Assembly (NCBI RefSeq): GCF_050920415.1
Contig: NZ_CP169309.1
Length of the DNA: 64,000 nucleotides
Reading direction: 5' to 3' (one strand)
DNA from: Escherichia coli
GTDB taxonomy: Bacteria > Pseudomonadota > Gammaproteobacteria > Enterobacterales > Enterobacteriaceae
Shown: one piece after another, positions 32,943-44,739 of the stretch
Position numbering within the stretch: position 1 is the stretch's first letter
How the letters are laid out: the number at the start of each line of letters is the position of its first letter
Program-made: the position numbers and the translations under genes
Notes under the pieces: model-generated
What the model saw: the letters and a program-made list of their open reading frames with translations, nothing else
Databases searched by the model: none
What the model was told of the DNA's origin: nothing

Positions 32943-34575
32943 CCTACTGATAGCAATGATAATCTTTGCGCTATTCTGGCCAGCAACCGCGCTCAGAGCG
33001 GCAGTGAGCAAAACAACCTGGGCGGATGCACCGGCACGCGAGTTTGTGTTTGTCGAAAACAACTCAGACGACAACTTTTTCGTCACTCCTGGCGGGGCGC
33101 TGGATCCGCGCCTGACCGGTGCCAACCGCTGGACCGGTTTAAAATACACTGGCTCAGGAACCATCTATCAACAAAGCCTCGGCTACATTGATAACGGTTA
33201 CAACACCGGCCTTTATACCAACTGGAAGTTTGATATGTGGCTGGAAAATTCGCCGGTTTCATCTCCTTTAACTGGCTTGCGCTGCATCAACTGGTACACA
33301 GGGTGTAATATGACCACCAGTCTTATCCTGCCGCAAACCACCGACGCCAGTGGATTTTATGGCGCGACGGTGACCAGCGGCGGCTCGAAGTGGATGCACG
33401 GCATGTTGTCAGACGCGTTTTACCAGTATCTGCAACAAATGCCCGTTGGCAGCAGCTTTACGATGACCATCAATGCCTGCCAAACCTCAGTGAACTATGA
33501 CGCCAGCAGCGGCGCGCGCTGTAAGGATCAGGCCTCCGGCAACTGGTATGTTCGCAACGTCACCCATACGAAAGCAGCAAATTTGCGGTTGATAAATACC
33601 CACTCGCTGGCGGAGGTATTTATCAACAGCGACGGAGTACCGACTCTGGGCGAAGGGAACGCCGACTGCCGGACGCAAACCATCGGCAGCCGTTCAGGAT
33701 TAAGTTGTAAGATGGTTAACTATACCCTGCAAACAAACGGGCTCAGCAACACCTCAATCCATATATTCCCGGCGATCGCCAACTCGTCGTTAGCCTCGGC
33801 CGTCGGGGCGTACGATATGCAGTTCAGTCTGAATGGCAGTTCATGGAAACCGGTGAGCAATACCGCCTATTACTACACCTTCAACGAGATGAAGAGCGCA
33901 GACTCGATCTATGTTTTCTTCTCGAGCAACTTCTTTAAGCAGATGGTGAACCTGGGGATCAGCGATATCAACACCAAAGATCTATTCAACTTTCGCTTTC
34001 AGAACACCACATCACCGGAGTCTGGCTGGTATGAATTTTCTACCTCCAACACGCTGATTATCAAACCCCGTGATTTCAGCATCAGTATTATCTCCGATGA
34101 ATATACTCAGACACCGTCGCGAGAGGGATATGTCGGCAGCGGCGAACCGGCACTAGATTTCGGCTATATCGTAACCACCAGCGGTAAAACAGCTGCCGAC
34201 GAAGTGCTGATCAAGGTGACCGGACCCGCGCAGGTGATTGGCGGGCGCTCCTATTGTGTCTTCAGCTCCGATGACGGTAAGGCGAAAGTACCATTCCCGG
34301 CGATGCTTTCCTTTATTACCCGCAACGGAGCTACAAAAACCTACGATGCCGGGTGCGATGATAGCTGGCGGGATATGACCGATGCGCTGTGGCTAACCAC
34401 ACCGTGGACTGATATCTCTGGCGAAGTGGGGCAGATGGATAAGACCACTGTCAAATTTTCAATTCCAATGGATAACGCCATTTCGCTGCGTACGGTAGAT
34501 GATAACGGCTGGTTTGGCGAAGTCAGCGCTTCAGGAGAGATTCATGTTCAGGCGACGTGGCGTAACATTAACTAA
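32932..34575 (+). CDS. ecpD: ECP tip adhesin / minor subunit
   Basis: 547 aa secreted protein, overlaps ecpC end by 11 nt. Confidence 0.85.
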   Translation: MRVNLLIAMIIFALFWPATALRAAVSKTTWADAPAREFVFVENNSDDNFFVTPGGALDPRLTGANRWTGLKYTGSGTIYQQSLGYIDNGYNTGLYTNWKFDMWLENSPVSSPLTGLRCINWYTGCNMTTSLILPQTTDASGFYGATVTSGGSKWMHGMLSDAFYQYLQQMPVGSSFTMTINACQTSVNYDASSGARCKDQASGNWYVRNVTHTKAANLRLINTHSLAEVFINSDGVPTLGEGNADCRTQTIGSRSGLSCKMVNYTLQTNGLSNTSIHIFPAIANSSLASAVGAYDMQFSLNGSSWKPVSNTAYYYTFNEMKSADSIYVFFSSNFFKQMVNLGISDINTKDLFNFRFQNTTSPESGWYEFSTSNTLIIKPRDFSISIISDEYTQTPSREGYVGSGEPALDFGYIVTTSGKTAADEVLIKVTGPAQVIGGRSYCVFSSDDGKAKVPFPAMLSFITRNGATKTYDAGCDDSWRDMTDALWLTTPWTDISGEVGQMDKTTVKFSIPMDNAISLRTVDDNGWFGEVSASGEIHVQATWRNIN

Positions 34576-35254
34576 GGCGCTGCTGACAGTGGTCTGTATG
34601 CTGGCGGCACCTTTGACACAGGCGATTTCGGTCGGCAATCTGACATTTTCGCTGCCGTCCGAGACTGACTTTGTCAGCAAACGTGTAGTGAATAACAACA
34701 AAAGCGCACGGATATACCGTATTGCCATCAGTGCCATCGATAGCCCAGGCAGCAGTGAATTGCGCACTCGACCGGTGGATGGTGAACTGCTTTTCGCTCC
34801 CCGCCAGCTGGCGTTGCAGGCTGGTGAGAGTGAGTATTTTAAATTTTACTATCATGGCCCCCAGGATAAACGCGAGCGCTACTACCGGGTCTCATTCCGC
34901 GAGGTCCCCACTCGCAACCAGACAAGACGTAGCCCAACCGGCGGCGAGGTCAGCACAGAGCCGGTGGTGGTGATGGATACCATTCTGGTAGTACGACCAC
35001 GTCAGGTTCAGTTTAAATGGTCCTTCGACCAGGTGACAGGAACGGTAAGTAACACCGGCAACACGTGGTTTAAGCTACTGATTAAACCAGGATGTGATTC
35101 GACCGAAGAGGAAGGCGACGCCTGGTACCTACGTCCAGGGGACGTGGTTCATCAGCCTGCGTTACGTCAACCGGGGAATCATTATCTGGTCTATAACGAC
35201 AAATTCATTAAGATTAGCGATTCCTGTCCGGCTAAGCCCCCTTCGGCGGACTAA
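34544..35254 (+). CDS. ecpE: ECP second chaperone
   Basis: Start moved to ATG 34544 (AGGAGA RBS), 236 aa, paralog of ecpB. Confidence 0.8.
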   Translation: MFRRRGVTLTKALLTVVCMLAAPLTQAISVGNLTFSLPSETDFVSKRVVNNNKSARIYRIAISAIDSPGSSELRTRPVDGELLFAPRQLALQAGESEYFKFYYHGPQDKRERYYRVSFREVPTRNQTRRSPTGGEVSTEPVVVMDTILVVRPRQVQFKWSFDQVTGTVSNTGNTWFKLLIKPGCDSTEEEGDAWYLRPGDVVHQPALRQPGNHYLVYNDKFIKISDSCPAKPPSAD

Positions 35255-35567
35255 GACTTATCCATCGGACGAGGGAAGAATTCCACCTCAGAGACTCAAA
35301 TAATCGTTTAAATGATGTGGAAGCGATCGTCAATGTCACCTGTAATGATGGGCTTTCTCATATGTACACCATAGTGTTCAGGAGACACGGAAAGGTGCCA
35401 GGCAGCCTGCTAACGAGTGGTTTCTTCACGAATTAGTACGTAAAATCGGTAACGGCTGGAAATCATTCAATACTCACACTATCGAAAGTTCCCCAGCCAA
35501 CCGCGGTACGTTCTTACATACGAGGTACCGCTGTTCTCTTTACGATTTATAGCTGTACTGGTGAATT

Positions 35568-35897
35568 ATGAGCAATCTGAATCCATGCATGACGTGTGGT
35601 GCCTGTTGTGCATTTTTCCGCGTCTCTTTTTACTGGGCCGAAGCCGACGATGCTGGCGGTACCATTCCCGCCAGGCTCACTGAACAAATATCCCCTTTTC
35701 ACCGATGCATGAGCGGTACCAATCAGAAAAACCCCCGATGTATTGCCCTTGCAGGAACACCGGGCAAAAATGCCTGCTGCACGATATATAAAAATCGATC
35801 GTCCACGTGCAGAGAATTCGCCATGTCTGGTGAGAACGGAGTCGTCAATGAGGCTTGCAATCGTGCAAGAGCTAAATACGGGCTGACACCGTTATAA
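35568..35897 (+). CDS. ykgJ: YkgJ-family Cys-cluster (zinc/iron-chelating) protein
   Basis: 109 aa, CxxCxxCC motif. Confidence 0.8.
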
Positions 35898-35919
35898 ATA
35901 TGCAATAATTAATTGCACT

Positions 35920-35954
35920 GCCCCGCCAGCTATAATCGCGGGGCTTCGTTTTTC
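35920..35954 (+). terminator. Intrinsic terminator after ykgJ
   Basis: GCCCCGC stem, 11-nt loop, GCGGGGC then TTCGTTTTTC. Confidence 0.7.
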
Positions 35955-36145
35955 AGGGATAACAAAACCCGAGACTTCTTCCATCTGCCAGCAACAATGC
36001 CTCTTCCTCTACAGTGTTCTCCGGATCTACAGCATCCTGAAGTAGCGCGATGTACTCACTGGCTATCTGCATCAGAAAGTTAAAAACAATGTTTTTAACC
36101 TATAAAAATGGCGCTGTATTTGCGCCATTTTTATCATTCAATGCA

Positions 36146-36760
36146 TTATCTGTTTGAGCCTAAAGGGATCTCAGGGTCTGGCTCATGAGTAATTCTGTTT
36201 CGTAAATCTCTGCGAATAATTTCAATGGACCAGAACCAGACTAAATGTCCAAAAATTTCAGAAACATTCTCATACCACGGGAGATCAAACAGAGGTGGCG
36301 TCAGTCCCATGAGAGGGAATGAAATCATATGAACAAAAAGTTGGGCTAAAGCACCTGCCAGTAAGCCCTGCCAGAGTTTAATTTTTGGAAATACTTCAGC
36401 GACCACACAATAACCGACAGCAAACACTATCGAAAAGATAATGTGCGTAACACCAACCCAGTTAAAGACATGCCCGGCAAAGGTATAAACAGCCGCATTG
36501 GGATCTGTCAGCCCCAGCCAGTCTCGAAGAAAAATATACGGAGGATTGAGAAAATTACGGGAGCAATCAATTTGCCCAGCAGCCCTGATTAATGATTCCG
36601 GGCCACACGCTGCATTAAACATATCCACCGGGCTACGTGGCGGCAATGGAACTTCTGCCCCCCACTTCACAAATGCGGAAACAACGCCAGCAATCAGCCC
36701 AATGAATGCAGCAAGACCATAACGTCTGCGGTTCGGTGGAGTTTGTTCAAATATATTCAT
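36146..36760 (-). CDS. yagU: Inner membrane protein YagU (DUF1440)
   Basis: 204 aa multi-TM protein. Confidence 0.85.
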
Positions 36761-37165
36761 ATTTACCCTGTTTGTTTCATTATGTTGTACACCTCTTCAG
36801 GAGTATTCATAAAACAAGATAAATGTAAAGAACTGTATTGTTTTGTATAATGCAATGGTGACTAATCGCCAATTAATATAAGCACCATCATTTCTCCATA
36901 TTTTTATGTTAGAAGTGACAACGATTTGCAGGGTGATGCAGAGCTGACAATCACAGGTTTCCTTATCGGTTTTTGCATCGCACAACTAAAGCAATAAACT
37001 AGCTCCCGTCATCGGCGAATATGAATTAATTAGCCGGGCTCATAGCTGCATTCGCGTTTTAAGAATAATCCTCCTGCTCTCACCGACTATGCTTAACGTT
37101 TAAAAAAGCATCAACACTCTCGCAACGCACTCTTATTTTCCCCTTTAGAATACCGGAGGCCTGGT

Positions 37166-37855
37166 ATGAGCAACCAAGGCGAATACCCCGAAGATAATCG
37201 GGTTGGGAAGCACGAGCCGCACGATTTTAGTTTGACCCGCCGCGATCTGATTAAAGTGAGCGCCGCAACGGCGGCGACCGCCGTGGTTTATCCTCATTCT
37301 ACGCTTGCGGCAAGCGTTCCGGCAGCTACACCCGCGCCAGAGATAATGCCCCTGACACTTATGGTGAACGGCAAAACCGAGCAGCTTGAGGTGGATACCC
37401 GAACCACGCTACTGGACGCTTTGCGTGAAAATCTGCATCTGATCGGTACCAAGAAAGGTTGCGATCACGGACAGTGCGGAGCCTGTACCGTGCTGGTCAA
37501 TGGTCGCAGGCTTAATGCCTGCCTGACGCTGGCAGTCATGCATCAGGGGGCCGAGATCACCACCATTGAAGGCCTGGGTTCACCAGAGAATCTTCACCCC
37601 ATGCAGGCGGCCTTTATCAAGCATGATGGCTTCCAGTGCGGCTACTGCACCTCCGGGCAAATTTGCTCATCAGTAGCGGTGCTAAAAGAGATTCAGGACG
37701 GCATTCCCAGTCACGTCACGGTCGATTTGGTTTCCCCTCCAGAAAGAACTGCCGATGAGATCCGTGAACGTATGAGCGGCAACATCTGTCGCTGTGGTGC
37801 ATACGCTAACATCCTTGCCGCCATTGAAGATGCTGCGGGGGAGATAAAATCATGA
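37166..37855 (+). CDS. paoA: Periplasmic aldehyde oxidoreductase, [2Fe-2S] subunit with Tat signal
   Basis: Twin-arginine motif (TRRDLIK), two 2Fe-2S Cys motifs. Confidence 0.9.
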   Translation: MSNQGEYPEDNRVGKHEPHDFSLTRRDLIKVSAATAATAVVYPHSTLAASVPAATPAPEIMPLTLMVNGKTEQLEVDTRTTLLDALRENLHLIGTKKGCDHGQCGACTVLVNGRRLNACLTLAVMHQGAEITTIEGLGSPENLHPMQAAFIKHDGFQCGYCTSGQICSSVAVLKEIQDGIPSHVTVDLVSPPERTADEIRERMSGNICRCGAYANILAAIEDAAGEIKS

Positions 37856-38808
37856 AGGCGTTTACCTATGAACGTGTGAACACCCCTGCCGAGGCGGCAC
37901 TTAGCGCTCAGCGCGTACCCGGCGCAAAATTTATCGCTGGCGGGACCAATCTGCTGGACCTGATGAAGCTGGAAATTGAAACGCCAACCCACCTTATCGA
38001 TGTGAACGGGCTCGGGCTCGATAAGATTGAAGTGACCGACGCGGGTGGGCTGCGCATCGGCGCACTGGTACGGAACACCGACCTGGCGGCTCACGAGCGC
38101 GTGCGTCGTGATTACGCGGTACTCTCCCGCGCTCTGCTCGCTGGCGCGTCTGGTCAGTTACGTAATCAGGCAACCACCGCAGGTAATCTGCTCCAGCGCA
38201 CGCGCTGCCCCTATTTTTACGACACCAATCAGCCCTGCAATAAGCGCCTGCCCGGGAGCGGCTGCGCGGCACTTGAAGGCTTTAGCCGTCAGCACGCGGT
38301 GGTAGGCGTAAGCGAAGCCTGCATTGCCACCCATCCGAGCGATATGGCGGTCGCAATGCGGTTGCTGGATGCGGTGGTGGAAACCATCACGCCGGAGGGA
38401 AAAACTCGCAGTATCACACTGGCTGATTTTTATCACCCACCGGGGAAAACGCCGCACATTGAAACCGCCCTGCTTCCCGGTGAGCTTATCGTTGCGGTGA
38501 CGTTACCTCCGCCGCTCGGCGGAAAACATATCTACCGCAAGGTGCGCGATCGCGCCTCCTACGCCTTTGCCCTGGTATCGGTCGCGGCGATTATTCAGCC
38601 TGACGGCAGCGGGCGCGTCGCGCTGGGCGGAGTAGCACATAAGCCCTGGCGCATTGAGGCTGCGGATGCTCAGCTATCCCAGGGGGCGCAGGCCGTGTAT
38701 GACGCGCTGTTCGCCAGCGCCCATCCCACCGCTGAAAATACCTTTAAACTCCTGTTGGCGAAGCGAACGCTTGCCTCCGTACTGGCTGAAGCGAGGGCAC
38801 AGGCATGA
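37852..38808 (+). CDS. paoB: Aldehyde oxidoreductase FAD-binding subunit
   Basis: 318 aa, overlaps paoA stop (coupled). Confidence 0.9.
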   Translation: MKAFTYERVNTPAEAALSAQRVPGAKFIAGGTNLLDLMKLEIETPTHLIDVNGLGLDKIEVTDAGGLRIGALVRNTDLAAHERVRRDYAVLSRALLAGASGQLRNQATTAGNLLQRTRCPYFYDTNQPCNKRLPGSGCAALEGFSRQHAVVGVSEACIATHPSDMAVAMRLLDAVVETITPEGKTRSITLADFYHPPGKTPHIETALLPGELIVAVTLPPPLGGKHIYRKVRDRASYAFALVSVAAIIQPDGSGRVALGGVAHKPWRIEAADAQLSQGAQAVYDALFASAHPTAENTFKLLLAKRTLASVLAEARAQA

Positions 38809-41003
38809 AATTTGATAAACCCGCAGGGGAAAACCCGATCGATCAGCTGAAGGTTGTCGGTCGTCCCCATGACCGCATCGACGGACCGCTGAAAACTACC
38901 GGCACGGCACGCTACGCCTACGAATGGCATGAAGAAGCCCCCAACGCCGCCTATGGCTATATCGTCGGTTCCGCCATTGCCAAAGGGCGCCTCACCGCCC
39001 TTGATACGGACGCCGCGCAAAAAGCGCCGGGCGTACTGGCTGTCATTACCGCCAGTAACGCTGGGGCACTCGGCAAAGGCGACAAAAACACCGCCAGGCT
39101 GTTAGGCGGCCCCACTATTGAGCACTATCATCAGGCCATTGCGCTGGTAGTGGCCGAGACCTTCGAACAGGCGCGAGCGGCGGCCTCGCTGGTGCAGGCG
39201 CACTATCGCCGTAATAAAGGAGCTTACTCCCTGGCGGACGAGAAACAGGCCGTCAGTCAGCCGCCGGAAGACACGCCCGATAAAAACGTTGGTGACTTTG
39301 ACGGGGCTTTCACCTCCGCTGCGGTGAAAATTGATGCTACATACACGACCCCGGACCAGAGCCATATGGCGATGGAGCCGCATGCCTCGATGGCCGTCTG
39401 GGATGGAAATAAGCTTACCCTCTGGACCTCAAATCAGATGATTGACTGGTGCCGCACCGATCTGGCAAAAACGCTGAAAGTGCCCGTGGAGAATGTGCGT
39501 ATTATCTCCCCGTATATCGGCGGAGGGTTTGGCGGCAAGCTATTCCTGAGAAGCGATGCGCTGCTGGCGGCCCTCGCCGCCCGTGCGGTGAAACGTCCGG
39601 TTAAAGTGATGCTCCCCCGCCCCACTATTCCCAATAACACCACGCACCGCCCCGCCACCCTTCAGCACCTGCGTATCGGTGCCGACCAGAGCGGGAAAAT
39701 CACCGCTATCTCACATGAAAGCTGGTCCGGAAACCTGCCCGGCGGCACGCCGGAAACGGCGGTACAGCAAAGCGAATTACTCTACGCAGGGGCAAACCGT
39801 CATACCGGCCTGCGGCTCGCCGCGCTTGATTTGCCGGAAGGGAACGCCATGCGTGCGCCCGGCGAAGCCCCCGGTCTGATGGCGCTCGAAATCGCGATCG
39901 ACGAACTGGCGGAAAAAGCGGGCATCGATCCCGTCGAGTTTCGCATCCTGAATGACACTCAGGTTGACCCCGCCGACCCGACGCGCCGCTTCTCTCGCCG
40001 TCAGCTTATCGAGTGCTTGCGCACCGGAGCGGATAAATTTGGCTGGAAGCAGCGCAACGCCACACCCGGACAGGTGCGCGACGGGGAGTGGCTAGTCGGC
40101 CACGGTGTTGCGGCGGGCTTTCGCAATAATCTGCTGGAAAAATCGGGTGCTCGGGTTCACCTCGAACAAAATGGCACCGTTACCGTAGAAACGGACATGA
40201 CCGACATTGGCACCGGCAGCTACACCATTCTGGCCCAGACGGCAGCGGAAATGCTTGGCGTACCGCTGGAGCAGGTTGCGGTTCACCTCGGCGATTCCAG
40301 TTTCCCGGTTTCTGCGGGTTCTGGTGGACAATGGGGCGCGAATACCTCCACCTCCGGCGTTTACGCCGCCTGTGTGAAACTTCGCGAAATGATTGCCTCG
40401 GCGGTCGGGTTTGATCCTGAGCAGTCGCAGTTTGCCGACGGCAAGATTACCAACGGTACCCGAAGCGCCACGCTACATGAGGCCACCGCAGGCGGCAGAC
40501 TGACAGCGGAAGAGAGCATTGAGTTCGGCACTCTCAGCAAGGAGTACCAGCAATCGACCTTTGCCGGGCATTTTGTGGAGGTCGGCGTGCATAGCGCGAC
40601 GGGAGAAGTTCGGGTCCGGCGTATGCTCGCCGTGTGCGCAGCGGGGCGCATTCTGAATCCGAAAACTGCACGCAGCCAGGTCATTGGCGCGATGACTATG
40701 GGCATGGGCGCGGCACTGATGGAGGAGCTGGCGGTAGATGACCGTTTGGGCTACTTCGTTAATCACGATATGGCGGGGTATGAGGTGCCGGTTCATGCGG
40801 ATATCCCAAAACAGGAGGTGATTTTCCTGGATGATACCGACCCCATCTCCTCCCCGATGAAGGCCAAAGGTGTCGGTGAGCTGGGCCTGTGCGGCGTGAG
40901 CGCGGCTATCGCCAACGCGGTGTATAACGCCACCGGTATTCGGGTACGGGATTATCCCATCACTCTGGATAAGCTGCTCGATAAACTGCCGGATGTGGTT
41001 TAA
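38805..41003 (+). CDS. paoC: Aldehyde oxidoreductase molybdopterin-binding catalytic subunit
   Basis: 732 aa xanthine-dehydrogenase-family large subunit. Confidence 0.9.
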   Translation: MKFDKPAGENPIDQLKVVGRPHDRIDGPLKTTGTARYAYEWHEEAPNAAYGYIVGSAIAKGRLTALDTDAAQKAPGVLAVITASNAGALGKGDKNTARLLGGPTIEHYHQAIALVVAETFEQARAAASLVQAHYRRNKGAYSLADEKQAVSQPPEDTPDKNVGDFDGAFTSAAVKIDATYTTPDQSHMAMEPHASMAVWDGNKLTLWTSNQMIDWCRTDLAKTLKVPVENVRIISPYIGGGFGGKLFLRSDALLAALAARAVKRPVKVMLPRPTIPNNTTHRPATLQHLRIGADQSGKITAISHESWSGNLPGGTPETAVQQSELLYAGANRHTGLRLAALDLPEGNAMRAPGEAPGLMALEIAIDELAEKAGIDPVEFRILNDTQVDPADPTRRFSRRQLIECLRTGADKFGWKQRNATPGQVRDGEWLVGHGVAAGFRNNLLEKSGARVHLEQNGTVTVETDMTDIGTGSYTILAQTAAEMLGVPLEQVAVHLGDSSFPVSAGSGGQWGANTSTSGVYAACVKLREMIASAVGFDPEQSQFADGKITNGTRSATLHEATAGGRLTAEESIEFGTLSKEYQQSTFAGHFVEVGVHSATGEVRVRRMLAVCAAGRILNPKTARSQVIGAMTMGMGAALMEELAVDDRLGYFVNHDMAGYEVPVHADIPKQEVIFLDDTDPISSPMKAKGVGELGLCGVSAAIANAVYNATGIRVRDYPITLDKLLDKLPDVV

Positions 41004-41012
41004 GGAGGAACA

Positions 41013-41969
41013 ATGTCATACTCGCTTTTTGACAAAGACGAGCACTGGCATAAGCCAGAGCAGGCGTTTCTCACCGATGACCACCGGACCATTCTGCGCT
41101 TCGCCGTAGAGGCGCTAATGTCCGGTAAAGGAGCGGTGCTGGTGACGCTGGTGGAGATACGCGGCGGCGCGGCGCGCCCGCTCGGAGCACAGATGGTGGT
41201 GCGCGAAGATGGTCGTTACTGCGGTTTTGTCTCTGGCGGCTGCGTGGAGGCCGCTGCCGCTTTTGAAGCGCTGGAGGTGATGGGCTCAGGCTGCGATCGC
41301 GAAATTCGCTATGGCGAAGGTTCGCCGTGGTTTGACATCGTTCTGCCCTGCGGCGGTGGGATCACGCTGACGCTCCATAAACTACGCTCGACACAGCCTC
41401 TGCTCGCCGTGCTGAACCGCCTGGAACAGAGAAAACCGGCGGGTCTGCGCTACGATCCGCAAGCTCAATCGCTGGTGTGCCTGCCCACGCAAACCCGAAC
41501 GGGCTGGAATCTCAATGGCTTTGAGATGGGGTTCAGGCCATGCGTCAGGCTGATGATTTACGGACGTTCTCTTGAGGCGCAGGCAACCGCGAGTCTTGCA
41601 GCAGCCACAGGCTATGACAGCCATATCTTCGATATTTTTCCGGCCTCAGCCAGCGCTCAGATCGATACCGATACGGCGGTCATTTTGCTGTGCCATGATC
41701 TCAACCGGGAGCTGCCAGTGTTGCAGGCCGCGCGAGAGGCAAAACCCTTTTATCTCGGCGCATTGGGCAGCTATCGAACCCACACGTTACGTCTGCAAAA
41801 GCTCCACGAGCTAGGATGGTCCAGGGAGGAGACAGCGCAAATCCGGGCACCCATCGGGATATTCCCCAAAGCCCGGGATGCGCATACTCTGGCACTCTCC
41901 GTGCTGGCAGAAGTCGCTTCTGTACGTCTCCATCAGGAGGAGGATTCATGCCTGCCCCCGTCGTCGTGA
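41013..41969 (+). CDS. paoD: XdhC-like molybdenum cofactor insertion chaperone
   Basis: 318 aa. Confidence 0.85.
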   Translation: MSYSLFDKDEHWHKPEQAFLTDDHRTILRFAVEALMSGKGAVLVTLVEIRGGAARPLGAQMVVREDGRYCGFVSGGCVEAAAAFEALEVMGSGCDREIRYGEGSPWFDIVLPCGGGITLTLHKLRSTQPLLAVLNRLEQRKPAGLRYDPQAQSLVCLPTQTRTGWNLNGFEMGFRPCVRLMIYGRSLEAQATASLAAATGYDSHIFDIFPASASAQIDTDTAVILLCHDLNRELPVLQAAREAKPFYLGALGSYRTHTLRLQKLHELGWSREETAQIRAPIGIFPKARDAHTLALSVLAEVASVRLHQEEDSCLPPSS

Positions 41970-42028
41970 TCCTTGCGGCCGGGCGTGGAGAGCGCTTTCT
42001 CGCCTCCGGGGGAAATACCATAAATTAA
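41948..42028 (+). pseudogene. N-terminal remnant (26 codons) of a MobA/MocA-like nucleotidyltransferase gene, truncated by deletion
   Basis: MPAPVVVILAAGRGERFLASGG carries the NTP-transferase P-loop-like motif LAAGxGxRF; ATG overlaps paoD 3' end; runs into a stop after 26 codons. Confidence 0.45.
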
Positions 42029-42069
42029 GAGAAAAATCTGCAGTAGCCGTTTTAGAAAATCACCTAAAT

Positions 42070-42104
42070 CGTTTAAAAGAGCGCCCAACCCATAGTGGGC
42101 GCTC
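42070..42104 (-). terminator. Intrinsic terminator of MFS transporter gene
   Basis: 9-bp stem GAGCGCCCA/TGGGCGCTC followed on minus strand by UUUUAAAC. Confidence 0.6.
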
Positions 42105-42147
42105 ATCGCCTTGTGTAACTTATTCAGCAACGCGCGCCCTCGCCGGA

Positions 42148-43341
42148 CTAAAGCGCACCGGCCTTCTGGCGTGCGGTAACAAAGGTCAGTACGCCAGCGC
42201 ATAGGAGCAGCACGCTACTCATGGCAAACGTACTCTGCCAGCCGAGGTGGTCAAACACGATGCCTCCTGCCGTCGATCCAAGGGCGATTGAAAGCTGAAT
42301 CACCGCGACCATTAGCCCGCCTCCGGCTTCCGCGTTGTCGGGCAACGTACGCGCAATCCATGTCCACCACCCGGTTGGCGCGGCGGTTGCCAGCATGCCC
42401 CAGAGGCCTAACAGCAGCGAGACCATCCAGACGTGATGCCCGGTAAGCATCAGGCTGATGGCAATGACGGCCATCAGTCCAGGTATAGCCATCAGCGTGG
42501 GGTAGAATTTCCTGTTGAGGAATGTCGAAACAACCAGCGTGCCGATAAAACCGGCTACTCCGATAATCAGCAAAATCAACGACAAGCCTGAGGAATCAAC
42601 CAGCGTCACGGTCTCCAGGAACGGGCGCACATAGGTGAATAGCGCAAACTGCCCCATGAAAAACAGGCCACAAGCTATCATGCCGACCACAACCATGCGG
42701 CGGCTAAATAAGCGGAATACCGTGCCAAATGACGTGTGGCTTTTATTCGCATCCATACTGGGCAGGCTGATGCACTGCCAGATAAAGGCGACAACCGCCA
42801 TGGGCACCAGGCACAAGAAAGCGCCTCGCCATCCGACCGTAGCCCCCAGATAGCTTCCCAGCGGTGCGGCCACGACCGTCGCCAGCGCATTACCGGCATT
42901 GAAAATCGCCAGCGCACGCGTGACCTGTTGCTGCGGCACCAGACGAATCGCCGTTGCCGCAGACATCGACCAGAATCCGCCAATCGCCACACCAATCATC
43001 GCGCGACCGATCATATACATCAGATAACTGGAAGCCAGCGCAATAATAAGCCCCGATACGGCCATCAGAACCGTCATTCCCAGCAGCAGGAATTTACGAT
43101 TCATCTTTCCTGCTAGCGTTGAAAGCGTCAGGCTGGTCAGAACCGCCAGTGCGCCGGAGATAGCAATCCCCTGCCCAGCCAACCCCTCCGTCACGCCTAA
43201 ATCGCGGGCAATCGGCGTGAGCAGGCTGACGGGCATAAATTCAGAAGCAATCAGCACAAACACGCACAGGGTCATGGCAAAAATACCGCCCCAGTATGCG
43301 CGCTGATGATGAGGTGATGGTGTTTGGTTTAGCGTCGACAT
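42148..43341 (-). CDS. MFS-superfamily transporter (12-TM efflux/permease type)
   Basis: 397 aa highly hydrophobic, MFS-like N-terminal motif region. Confidence 0.8.
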   Translation of the reverse strand: MSTLNQTPSPHHQRAYWGGIFAMTLCVFVLIASEFMPVSLLTPIARDLGVTEGLAGQGIAISGALAVLTSLTLSTLAGKMNRKFLLLGMTVLMAVSGLIIALASSYLMYMIGRAMIGVAIGGFWSMSAATAIRLVPQQQVTRALAIFNAGNALATVVAAPLGSYLGATVGWRGAFLCLVPMAVVAFIWQCISLPSMDANKSHTSFGTVFRLFSRRMVVVGMIACGLFFMGQFALFTYVRPFLETVTLVDSSGLSLILLIIGVAGFIGTLVVSTFLNRKFYPTLMAIPGLMAVIAISLMLTGHHVWMVSLLLGLWGMLATAAPTGWWTWIARTLPDNAEAGGGLMVAVIQLSIALGSTAGGIVFDHLGWQSTFAMSSVLLLCAGVLTFVTARQKAGAL

Positions 43342-43416
43342 AGTGAAATTTCACGAAGGCCAGGATAAAAGCCACCAGCCTATGGCCGGTGGCTTTGCAT
43401 CAATTCAGGAGAGGTT

Positions 43417-44553
43417 TTATTTCAGTTTGGTCTGGAAAAATTGTTCGAACTTCGCGAAAGGTATTTTTCCGGCCACGTTATCGTACAGGTCCACGTGATT
43501 TGCCCCAGGTACCACCACCAGCTCTTTATCTTTACTGCCAACCGCCTTGTAAGCATCTTCAGCAAAATAGCGTGAATGTGCTTTCTCACCGGTCACAATC
43601 AGCGTCGGAATGGTGATTTCACTGGCGTAACTCAACAGCGGCATATTCATAAATGACAGCGGCATCGTTGCCGTCCACGCCCCGGTAGAGTTAACGGAAC
43701 GTTCGTGGAAGCCGCGCGGCATGCGATAGTAGTCAAAGAACTCTTTCAGTACCGAATGAGGATTTGCCGGCAGCGTTTCTGGCAGAATGCGCTCGCCCGC
43801 ACTGACCTTGCCGTTGCTATCGACATTAATATCATGACCACCATGAGCGAACGTTCCGCTCTGCGCATCCTTCCAGCGCTGTTCATTCAGATATTGCAGA
43901 ACAGCACGACGGTCGGCGGTAGAATAACGGTCTTCGCCATCCCCCACACCATGGCCCATCGCCCGGCTCATGTCATACATCACGCTGGTAGCAACCGCTT
44001 TAACGCGGGTATCCATCGCCACGTCGTTCAGCGCCATGCCGCCCCAGCCACAAATACCGAGCAGCCCGATACGGTTGCGATCTACCTCTTTTTGCAGCCC
44101 TAAGAAATCCACCGCCGCGCTGAAATCTTCAGTGTTGATATCCGGTGAGGCGACGTTTCGCGGATAGCCGCCGCTTTCCCCGGTGTAAGAAGGATCGAAC
44201 GCCAGGGTAACAAACCCTCGTTCCGCCAGCGTCTGCGCATACAGGCCGCTGGATTGCTCTTTCACCGCGCCAAATGGCCCACTGACCGCAATCGCCGCCA
44301 GCTTGCGATCGCCACGGTCTTTAGGCAGGTAAAGATCGCCCACTAAGGTGATGCCATATCGGTTCGGGAACGAGACTTTACGGTGATCGACTTTCTGGCT
44401 CTCGGCGAACGTTTTATCCCATTTATCTGTCATGGACACAGGGGCATTAGGATTGGTTGAATCAGCATAACTCATTGTCGTGACTCCACTTAATGATGCG
44501 AAAAGCAGCATGGTCGGCATCGCGGTTTTTAGCGTTCGGGTGAAGGCTTTCAT
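43417..44553 (-). CDS. Secreted alpha/beta-hydrolase, dienelactone-hydrolase-like with Cys nucleophile (G-I-C-G-W-G)
   Basis: ORF 43417..44574; start placed at ATG 44553 (GGGGA RBS); signal peptide; GxCxG elbow instead of GxSxG. Confidence 0.7.
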   Translation of the reverse strand: MKAFTRTLKTAMPTMLLFASLSGVTTMSYADSTNPNAPVSMTDKWDKTFAESQKVDHRKVSFPNRYGITLVGDLYLPKDRGDRKLAAIAVSGPFGAVKEQSSGLYAQTLAERGFVTLAFDPSYTGESGGYPRNVASPDINTEDFSAAVDFLGLQKEVDRNRIGLLGICGWGGMALNDVAMDTRVKAVATSVMYDMSRAMGHGVGDGEDRYSTADRRAVLQYLNEQRWKDAQSGTFAHGGHDINVDSNGKVSAGERILPETLPANPHSVLKEFFDYYRMPRGFHERSVNSTGAWTATMPLSFMNMPLLSYASEITIPTLIVTGEKAHSRYFAEDAYKAVGSKDKELVVVPGANHVDLYDNVAGKIPFAKFEQFFQTKLK

Positions 44554-44739
44554 AAAAATCCCCATAAAAAACAACAGAGAGATACAGGTTTCCGACGGAC
44601 AACACTGCGGTGCTTTACTTTGATGGGGTCATTATAGTGAGCAGAATTAGTGCTGATTAGGGGGCGATTAATGCTAAGATTAATACCATATTGTTATAAA
44701 TTAATGCGGAGATTGCCGGCATGAAGGGGGGATGTTTCA

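Noticed and set aside
41816..42204. 70-aa and 108-aa plus-strand ORFs spanning the paoD end and the deletion junction
   Set aside because: The frames read through unrelated sequence; only the 26-codon NTP-transferase-like stretch is meaningful and it is reported as a gene remnant
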